Assembly (NCBI GenBank): GCA_963717985.1
Contig: CAVQYC010000001.1
Coordinates: forward strand, 456,712 to 520,711
Source: an uncultured delta proteobacterium
Lineage (GTDB): Bacteria > Desulfobacterota > Syntrophorhabdia > Syntrophorhabdales > WCHB1-27
Reading direction: 5' to 3'
Length of the DNA: 64,000 bases
The position numbers and the translations under genes are program-made. The notes below the pieces were generated by a model that ran no database searches, was not told where the DNA came from, and was given only the letters and a program-made list of their open reading frames with translations. Numbering within the stretch: the stretch's first letter is position 1; the number at the start of each line of letters is the position of its first letter. Of this stretch, positions 39,727 through 48,211 are shown piece by piece.

Positions 39727-40254
39727 ATGGACGACCTGACATTTTGTAAGGAGATGGAGCGGGAGAGCGCAGAGCAGATATCCGCCTGCTACCAGTGCTA
39801 CCGCTGCACGACCGGCTGCCCGGCCCTCCCGGAGATGGACATCCTCCCCCACCGGGTCATCCGGTACATCATGCTGGGCGAGAGAGAGAAGGTGCTCTCC
39901 TCGAAGACCATCTGGTCCTGCCTCCAGTGCTATACGTGCAGCGTCCGCTGTCCCAACGACATACACATAGGCCACGTCTTCGATACGGCAAGGAAGATCG
40001 CCGTCCGCGAAAAGAAGGCGTGTCCGGACGTCTGGACTTTCGATACGCTCTTCGTCGACAGCGTCCGCAGACACGGCCGGCTTTACGAGATGGAGACAAT
40101 CATGCGCTACAAGCTGAAAAAGAAGGACCTCTTCTCCGATACGCGCATGGGCCTGGACATGATGAGGAAGGGCAGGATGGCCCTTTTCCCGCACAACATT
40201 AAGGACAAAAAGGGGCTGCAAAGGGCGCTCGGCCGACTGGCCCAAAAAACATGA
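39727..40254 (+). CDS. hdrC: Heterodisulfide reductase subunit C-like protein
   Basis: CYQCYRCTTGCP and WSCLQCYTCSVRCP. Confidence 0.92.
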   Translation: MDDLTFCKEMERESAEQISACYQCYRCTTGCPALPEMDILPHRVIRYIMLGEREKVLSSKTIWSCLQCYTCSVRCPNDIHIGHVFDTARKIAVREKKACPDVWTFDTLFVDSVRRHGRLYEMETIMRYKLKKKDLFSDTRMGLDMMRKGRMALFPHNIKDKKGLQRALGRLAQKT

Positions 40255-40311
40255 ATCATGTGATAAAATATTGCCCCCTAAAACAGGCGGTATAGTTAGA
40301 GGTGGCTCGAT

Positions 40312-41169
40312 ATGGTGACGTTGACGTACTACCCGGGTTGTTCTCTCAAGACGGGGAGCAAGTTCTACGAGACCTCGATTCAGAAGGTGTTTTCAACCTA
40401 CGACATCGAGCTCAGGGAGCTTCCTGACTGGTCGTGTTGCGGCGCATCGGCGGCCCATACAATCGATGAGGAGCTTGCCCACGTGCTCGTGGCGCGGAAC
40501 CTCGCCCTTGCTGAAAAGGAGGAGCTGACGTTCTTTGCGCCCTGCTCGGCCTGCTACAGCCGCTCAAAGATCACCAACGATACGATACGCAACGATATAA
40601 GCCTGCAGGACCGGCTGAATGGTGTCATCGCGCCCCTGGAGTGCACCGGATCGCTGGAAATAAAGAATATTATCGAGGTGCTCGACGATCACGTCGGCGT
40701 TTCCGTTATTGCGAAAAAAAGGCCCTTCGACCTGTCCGCCTTACGGGTAGTGCCCTATTACGGCTGCGTGCTCACGCGCCTTATGCGGGTGAAGCCCTTT
40801 GACGACAGGGAGGACCCGAGGAGCATGGACGGGCTCCTCGGGGCGCTCGGCGCGACCGTCCTGGCCTGGCCCTTTAAAATGGAGTGCTGCGGGGCCACCA
40901 AGACGCTGACCGACAAAAAGATGACCGTGCGCCTCTCCGAGCGGATTATGGGTCGGGCGATAAGCGCGGGGGCAGACGCAATCGTCACCCCTTGCCCGCT
41001 GTGCCAGATGAACCTCGATCTGCTGCCGAGCCTAGGGAGCACTGCCCCGGTGATCCCCACGCTGTTTCTGTCGGAGGTCTTTGAGCTTGCCCTTTACGGC
41101 CGGATGATCGGTATGAGTTCCCACCTTGTTCCCGCGGAGCCGGTACTGAACAAAATCAAGGAGGCGTGA
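40312..41169 (+). CDS. hdrB: Heterodisulfide reductase subunit B-like protein
   Basis: YYPGCS, WSCCGA, PCSAC, YYGC, ECCG, PCPLCQMNLD (two CCG domains). Confidence 0.93.
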   Translation: MVTLTYYPGCSLKTGSKFYETSIQKVFSTYDIELRELPDWSCCGASAAHTIDEELAHVLVARNLALAEKEELTFFAPCSACYSRSKITNDTIRNDISLQDRLNGVIAPLECTGSLEIKNIIEVLDDHVGVSVIAKKRPFDLSALRVVPYYGCVLTRLMRVKPFDDREDPRSMDGLLGALGATVLAWPFKMECCGATKTLTDKKMTVRLSERIMGRAISAGADAIVTPCPLCQMNLDLLPSLGSTAPVIPTLFLSEVFELALYGRMIGMSSHLVPAEPVLNKIKEA

Positions 41170-41173
41170 GGCT

Positions 41174-41527
41174 ATGGAGGCGCAAGAGGCACTCGATTTC
41201 ATCAAGGCCCAGGATCCGGAAGGGGGCGAGCGTCTGAAGCGTCTGCTCGACAAGAAATCTGTGCTGGCTGACGGGAACGTCTACGGCGAGCGTTTCACCG
41301 ACCGCCAGTTTAGCCTGGTTTTTGATCCGCTTCTGCGTTCCGCTTATGAAAAGGCGCAGATATTGGAGCTTTTGAGCGTGAAGGACGAGAAAGTCGCATC
41401 CCTTGCGGCACAGCTTTCCATGGATAAGGCGCGTGTCTTTGCGCACCTCCTGGACCTGGTCAAGAGGAACATGGTGGAAATCGCAGGGTTCGACGAGAGA
41501 CACCCCGTCTTCAAAAAGAGGTGGTAA
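41174..41527 (+). CDS. Hypothetical protein with C-terminal winged-helix-like region
   Basis: ILELLSVKDEKVASLAAQLSMDKARVFAHLLDLVKRNMV; co-oriented within the hdr cluster. Confidence 0.7.
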   Translation: MEAQEALDFIKAQDPEGGERLKRLLDKKSVLADGNVYGERFTDRQFSLVFDPLLRSAYEKAQILELLSVKDEKVASLAAQLSMDKARVFAHLLDLVKRNMVEIAGFDERHPVFKKRW

Positions 41528-41532
41528 GGGCT

Positions 41533-44500
41533 ATGGATAAGGTTGGAAAAGTACTGATCATCGGAGGCGGCATCGGGGGGATGGAGGCTTCCCTCAACCT
41601 CGTGGAAGCCGGCTTCAAGGTCTATCTGGTTGACGAGAAGCCGAACATCGGCGGCAAGATGGCGCAGCTCGACAAGACATTCCCGACCAATGACTGCTCC
41701 ATGTGCATTATGGCGCCGAAGCTCGTCGAGGTAGGAAGGAACGCGAACGTCGAGTTACTCATGGGCAGCGAGGTGGTGGCCCTTGAGGGGCAGCCCGGTA
41801 ATTTCACTGCCGTCATCAAGAGGCGACCGCGGAGGATCATTAAAGAGAAGTGTACGTCCTGCGGCCTCTGTGCGCCTTACTGTCCCCTTGAAGTCCCGGC
41901 GGATTACAATGAAGGGCTTTCACGGAGAAGCGCAGCCTTCATCAACTTCCCCCAGGCCATCCCCTCCACCTACTCCATCGATCGGGAGATACCGCCCTGC
42001 GTCAACAGGTGCCCCATCAACATCAATGCGCGCGACTACGTGGGCCTCATCGCCCAGGGTAGGTTTCTGGAAGCCCTCGACGTCATACGCGAGAAGCTGC
42101 CCTTTCCAGGCACCATCGGCCGCATCTGCAACCACCCCTGCGAGGACGCATGTCTCAGGGGCGAAAAGGTCGACCAGCCTCTGAGCATATGCGCGCTGAA
42201 GCGGTTCGTCGCCGACTACGAGACGGGCCGGCGGGAGATGCCCGTGCCCGGGACAGGGCCGGACAAAGGCAAGAAAGTGGCGGTGATCGGCGGCGGCCCG
42301 TCGGGCATGGCATGCGCCATAAGCTTGCGGAAGGCGGGTTATGGCGTCACGATCTTCGAGGCCCGGAATAAGCTGGGTGGCATGCTCTATTGGGGCATCC
42401 CGGCCTATCGTCTGCCCAAGGACGTGCTCGACCGTGAGACGTCGATTGTCGAGGCCATGGGGATCGAGGTCCGCTACGGAACGCAGGTGGGCAAGGATGT
42501 ATCTCTGAAAGATATCCGGAAAGACTTCGATGCGGTCTATGCCGGCTGCGGCGCACAGGGGGGCAGAAAGATCGGCCTTGAGGACGAGGACGCCCCCGGC
42601 GTGATGACCGGCGTGGAGTTCCTGCGCCTTTCCAATGAGAAAAGGCCCCTGGATGTCCGTGGTAAGGTAGTGGTGGTGGGCGGCGGCAACGTGGCGGTGG
42701 ATGTGGCGCTCACTGCGCGGCGTCTGGGCAAGGCGGAAGTGCATATGGTCTGCCTGGAGAAGTGGGACGAGATGCCCGCGAGCAAATGGGAGGTCGAGCA
42801 GTGCATCGAAGAGGGCATAAAGATACATACCTCGTGGGGCCCGTGCCGGATCCACCAGGAGAAGGGACATGTCAAGGCCCTCGAGTTCAGGCGGTGCACT
42901 GCCGTATTCGATGAGATGGGGCGGTTCAACCCTTCTTTTGCGGAGGGCGTCAGGAAGACTTACGAGGCCGACATGGTCATCCTCGCCATCGGCCAGTCTC
43001 CGGAAACGGGGTTTTTGAAAGAGCTGCCCGAGGTCGAGATGCTCGGCGGGGGGTGGATCAAAGCAGACCCTGTCTCCCTGGCGACGGGGCTTCCAGGCGT
43101 TTTTGCCGGGGGTGATATCGTGACCGGCCCGAAAATGGCGATCGACGCCGTGAGCCAGGGGCAAGAGGCGGCCGAGTCGATCGTACGGTACCTTGAAGGG
43201 AGAGACCTGAAGGAGGGGCGGTGCGCAAAAGAGGCGGAGCTGGTCGTTGAGGTGCCCGATGGGATCGAGCGGCGTGCCCGCGCGGTTGCCCCCTCTATCC
43301 CTGTCGACAGCAGGAAGGGTTTCGAGGAAGTGGAGCTGGCCTTTGACGAGGCGACTGCGAGGCTTGAGGCGGAGCGCTGTCTGAACTGCAGGCGCTGCCT
43401 CGGATGCAAGCTCTGCGAAGAGGCGTGTAAGCCCGGCGCCATCAACTATCTGCAAGGGCCGGAAGAGGTGCGGGTCGATGTGGGAAGTGTGATTGTCGCG
43501 GCGGGCCTCGATGAGTACGACCCTTCCCAGAGGCCGGAGCTTGGCTACGGCGTGTACAAGAATGTGCTGACGAGCACCGAGTTCGAGCGTATTTTATCCG
43601 CCACGGGGCCTACATCGAGCATGGTCATGCGTCCCTCCGACGGGAAGGTGCCGAAGAAGGTGGCGTGGCTCCAGTGCGTAGGGAGCCGGGACAAGACAAA
43701 CGAATACTGTTCGTCCGTCTGCTGCATGTATGCAACGAAAGAGGCGATCATCGCGAAAGAGCATCAGAATGATATAGAGCCGACGATCTTCTATATGGAC
43801 GTAAGGGCCTTCGGCAAGGGGTTCGACCAGTACTACGAGAGGGCGCGGCACGAGCACGGCGTCCACTACGTGAAATCTTCCATATCGAGGATCCTGGAAG
43901 ACCAGGAGACGACCGATCTCGAAGTGGTCTATGTCGATGAGGAGGGCCGGGTTACTTCGGAGATGTTCGACATGGCGGTCCTGTCGGTGGGCATACGGCC
44001 GAGCCGGAGCCTTCCGGGCCTCGCCCGTGCGCTCGGTATCGGGCTCAACGAGTACGGCTTCGTGCAGTCGTCCTCACACAATCCCGTGCTCACGACAAAG
44101 GCAGGTATCTACGTGGCCGGCGCGTCGGAAGCGCCTAAGGATATCCCCGAGACGGTGACCCAGGCATCGGGCGCCGCATGTGAGGCCGCCTCCGTCATCT
44201 GCGAGGTGCGGGGCAAGGATTTCGTGGTCAAGCCCTTGCCTGAAGAACGTGAGGTGCCTGCCCTTGAGCAGCCCCGGATCGGTGTGTTTATCTGCCACTG
44301 CGGCGTGAACATCGGCTCGGTGGTCAACGTGCCGGAGGTGAGAGAGTATGCGAAAAGCCTCCCCAACGTGGTGGTGGCCGATGAGAACCTCTTTACCTGT
44401 TCTCAGGATACGCAGGAGAAGATGAAGCACCTGGTCAACGAGTACGGCCTCAACAGGGTGGTCGTCGCCTCCTGTTCGCCGCGCACGCACGAATTCCTCT

Positions 44501-45955
44501 TCCGCTCGACCATCCGAGAAGCGGGCCTTAACAAGTACCTCTTCGAGATGGCCAACATCCGGGACCAATGCTCCTGGGTCCACATGAGGGACAAGGATGG
44601 TGCCACGAAAAAGGCGAAAACGCTGGTCAGGATGGCAGTGACCAACGCAAACTATATCAAGCCCTTGAAAGAAGTCGCCATAGGGGTGAACAAGAGCGCC
44701 CTTGTGTTCGGCGGCGGCCTGGCGGGCATGACCGCGGCCCTCAAGCTTGCGGGGCAGAACTTTGAGGTATCCCTCGTGGAGAAAGAGGCCGCCCTCGGCG
44801 GCAACCTGCGCCATATCCATACGACTTTGGATGGGACGAACGTCCGGGAGTTCCTCGCGAACCTGACCGAGCAGGTTGTGAGCCACCCGCTCATACACGT
44901 CATGACGGAAACGACCGTGGTCGACCACTCCGGTTTTCAGGGTAACTTCGAGACCGGCCTCCAGCACATGCCGACAAAGACCACTACCAGAGCTGAAACA
45001 CGGAATTTTGGTGGTGGCTACGGGAGGCGAGGAATTAAAACCGAAAGGCCAGTACGGGTACGGAGAAGACGTCCGGGTCATGACCCAGATGGAGCTGGAA
45101 GCGCGGCTGGCGGAAAAAACGCTGCCCCCGGCGCAGCGGCTTACCATGATCCAGTGCGTGGGGTCACGGAACGAGGAGCGGCCCTACTGCAGCCGGATTT
45201 GCTGCTCCAACGCGATAAAGCATGCGATAGAGCTCAAGGAAGCCAACGCCGGCCTTGACGTGGTGATCCTCTTCAGGGACGTGATGACTTACGGGTTCCT
45301 GGAGAAGTACTACCTGAAGGCGCGGAAAGCCGGGGTGCGGTTCCTGCGCTACGAGAAAGAGCGCCCGCCCGTTGTCGCCGGGAGAAACGGCAGGCTGACC
45401 CTTACCTGCTACGACCCCTCGATCATGGAAGAGCTGACCTTCGATACCGATCTTCTGGTGTTGAGCGCCGCGACAGTAGCCGGGCAGAACGAAGCGCTCG
45501 GGAACCTTCTCAAGGCCCCGAGGACCCAGGAAGGCTTCTTCCTGGAGGCGCACATGAAGCTGAGACCCGTCGATTTTGCATCCGACGGCATGTACCTGTG
45601 CGGTCTTGCCCATTCACCGAAGAACATGCGGGAGACCATCACCCAGGCAGAGGCTGCTGTTGCCAAGGCCTGCACCGTATTGTCGAAAGACCGGATACTT
45701 GTCGGCGGTGTCGTTGCGGAGGTGCAGGCCGATAAGTGCGCCGCCTGCCTCACGTGCGTCCGTGCATGCCCTTACAGCGTGCCCGTCATCAACGCGAAGG
45801 GAGAGGCGGAGATCGATATCAGCAAGTGCAAGGGGTGCGGCAGTTGCGCAGCCGAATGTCCCGCGAAGGCCATAGACCTGATGCACTACCGGGATATCCA
45901 GATTATCGAGAAATCGGGGGCGATGCTTTCGGAGGGAGGGTGCGATGCAGTTTGA
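41533..45955 (+). CDS. hdrA: Large HdrA (HdrL-type, with GltD-like NAD(P)H module), ~1473 aa, frameshift at ~44989-44992
   Basis: GGGIGG, FPTNDCSMC, inserted PCVNRCP..GRIC.HPCE..GGGPSG..GGGNVA module, CSSVCC, CHCGVNI, ASCSPRTH, C-terminal ferredoxins; frame jumps at ACCAGAGCTG. Confidence 0.9.
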
Positions 45956-46370
45956 GCCTGAAATTGTCGCGTTTTGTTGCGAATATTGAGCGTATACCGC
46001 TGCGGACCTGGCAGGTTCGATGAGGCTCACTTATCCGACAAATGTGAAGATCGTCAAGGTACCGTGCACCGGCAGGGTGGATATCATCCATATGCTCAAA
46101 GCCTTCGAGAATGGTGCCGACGGCGTTTTTGTGGCGGGTTGCCTGGAGGGGGAGTGCCATTTCCTTAAGGGGAACCTGCGCGCCAGGAAGCGTGTGGCGC
46201 AGGTGCAAGCACTGCTCAACGAGTGCGGCATCGGAGGAGACCGAATAGCAATGTACAACCTTTCTTCCGCTCAGGGGCAGAGGTTTGCCGAGATCAGCCG
46301 CGAGATGACGGAGAAGGTGCGGCAGCTCGGACCCAACCCCGCGAAGAAGGGGAGAGCAAAGGCAGCATGA
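45945..46370 (+). CDS. mvhD: MvhD-like [2Fe-2S] subunit with selenocysteine (TGA 45987-45989)
   Basis: MQFEPEIVAFCCEY-U-AYTAADLAG in frame with PCTGRVD..GC..GECHF..GN; hairpin 46003-46019; selA in window. Confidence 0.92.
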
Positions 46371-46492
46371 AAGAGAATTGCCACCCGCGAGCGTAAGTGC
46401 GGGACCGCGCAGCGGTGCGGGGCGCCCGGCGTCCACAGCCGGGTCGCAACCGGCTAAAACAGGTGGTCCCGGTAATTGAAGAGGGGGAGATC

Positions 46493-47161
46493 ATGATAGT
46501 AGCGAACAGAAAACCCTTCGAGGAGATCGTGGAGCTGGTCAAGCCGTACAAGAGCATACTCCTCCTCGGCTGCAACGAGTGCGTCACCGTCTGCGCGACG
46601 GGAGGGGCCAAGGAGGTGGCAGTCCTTGCGTCAGAGCTGCGCATGCACCGTGAAAAGGAGGGGCAGCCGATCGAGATCAAAGAGCATGTGCTCGAGCGGA
46701 ATTGCGACCCTGAATATGTGGAGAGCCTCGCGACCGTTATTGGAGATGCCGAGGCGGTCCTTTCCATGGCATGCGGCTGCGGCATCCAGTTCGTCGGCGA
46801 GCACTACCTACGCCTGCGCGTATTGCCGGCGGTCAACACGACCTTTGACGGGGTGGCCGAGGAGCAGGGAGTTTGGGCCGAGCGTTGTCTCGGCTGCGGC
46901 AACTGCATCCTCGACAAAACACTCGGCATCTGTCCCGTCACCCGCTGCGCAAAGAGTCTCTTTAACGGCCCCTGCGGCGGTTCCCACGGAGGGAAGTGCG
47001 AGGTGAGCGACGAGACGCCCTGCGGCTGGCAGCTCATAGTCGACCGGTACAAAGAGATGAATATGCTCGATAAATACATGGAGATTCAGCCGCTGAAGAA
47101 CTGGTCCACGTCGCGGGACGGCGGCCCGAGGAAAAGGGTCAGGGAGGATCTGAAGCTATGA
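46493..47161 (+). CDS. metV: Methylene-THF reductase small Fe-S/Zn subunit
   Basis: GCNECVTVC, CGCG, ERCLGCGNC, CPVTRCAKSLFNGPCGG, CGW. Confidence 0.92.
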   Translation: MIVANRKPFEEIVELVKPYKSILLLGCNECVTVCATGGAKEVAVLASELRMHREKEGQPIEIKEHVLERNCDPEYVESLATVIGDAEAVLSMACGCGIQFVGEHYLRLRVLPAVNTTFDGVAEEQGVWAERCLGCGNCILDKTLGICPVTRCAKSLFNGPCGGSHGGKCEVSDETPCGWQLIVDRYKEMNMLDKYMEIQPLKNWSTSRDGGPRKRVREDLKL

Positions 47162-48081
47162 GCGCGAGCAACCTTGAAAAAGTGCTGAAGGCTGGCAATT
47201 TTGCGGTCACCTCCGAGTGCGGCCCCCCAAGGGGTGCGGACGCGGAAGTGGTGAGCAAGAAAGGCTCCTATCTTAAGGGATATGTTGACGGCGTCAACGT
47301 CACGGACAACCAGACGAGTGTGGTCAGGATGTCAAGCATAGCCGCCGCTGTTCTTCTCAAGCAGATGGGCTTCGACCCGATCATGCAGATGGTCTGCCGC
47401 GACCGGAACCGGATCGCCTTGCAAAGCGACCTCCTTGGCGCAGCGGCCCTCGGGCTCGACAATGTCCTCTGTCTCTCGGGCGACCATCAAAAATTCGGCG
47501 ACCACCCGACTGCGAAGAATGTCTTCGATATCGATTCGATGCAGCTTATCCAGACAATAAAGCAGTTGAGGGACGAAGGGCGGTTTCTCGGGGGAGAGGA
47601 AGTGAAGGGGAGGCCAGATATGTTTATAGGCTGCGCGGAGAACCCTTTCGCCGACCCCTTTGAGATCCGCGCCATGCGCCTTGCGAAGAAAACCGCGGCT
47701 GGCGCTCAGTTCGTCCAGACCCAGTGCATCTTCAACGTGCCGAAGTTCGAGAAGTGGATGGAGATGGTGCGCGACCTCGGCGTCCACGAAAAGATCTACA
47801 TACTGGCCGGCGTTACCCCATGCAAGTCTATCGGCATGGCCCGCTACATGCAAAAGTCGGTTCCCGGCATGGATGTGCCGGAAGAGTTGATCACGCGCCT
47901 GAAAGGCGTACCGAAAGAAAAGGTCGCTGAGGAGGGCATCAAGATCTGCGTGGAGACGATCGAACAGATGCGGGCCATCAAGGGTGTGGCCGGCGTCCAT
48001 ATCATGGCAATCGAATGGGAGCAAAAAGTCGCAGAGATCGTGGAAGCGGCAAAACTGTACCCAAGGCCGGTTTTCAATTAG
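47158..48081 (+). CDS. metF: Methylene-THF reductase
   Basis: ECGPP, NVTDN, QMVCRDRNRIALQ, LSGD, AQFVQTQ, GVHIM. Confidence 0.95.
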   Translation: MSASNLEKVLKAGNFAVTSECGPPRGADAEVVSKKGSYLKGYVDGVNVTDNQTSVVRMSSIAAAVLLKQMGFDPIMQMVCRDRNRIALQSDLLGAAALGLDNVLCLSGDHQKFGDHPTAKNVFDIDSMQLIQTIKQLRDEGRFLGGEEVKGRPDMFIGCAENPFADPFEIRAMRLAKKTAAGAQFVQTQCIFNVPKFEKWMEMVRDLGVHEKIYILAGVTPCKSIGMARYMQKSVPGMDVPEELITRLKGVPKEKVAEEGIKICVETIEQMRAIKGVAGVHIMAIEWEQKVAEIVEAAKLYPRPVFN

Positions 48082-48211
48082 AGCTTTTTGCAGGAATAAT
48101 TTTTAATAATTAGGTCTTATAAGTCCTATGGGGCCTATTATTAAAAATAGCACCAATGCGGGGCGCCCAGGCGGGCCGCACCCGAGGGACTCGGGCGGGA
48201 AGCGGAAAAGA

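Noticed and set aside
41533-41720. Selenocysteine in HdrA
   Set aside because: The N-terminal CxxC site is encoded by TGC..TGC and no in-frame TGA is seen
25690-45147. Long antisense and alternate-frame ORFs (e.g. 25690-26952, 31963-33525, 35567-36625, 41920-43455, 44074-45147)
   Set aside because: They overlap well-supported genes, lack motifs and are expected shadows of GC-rich codon usage
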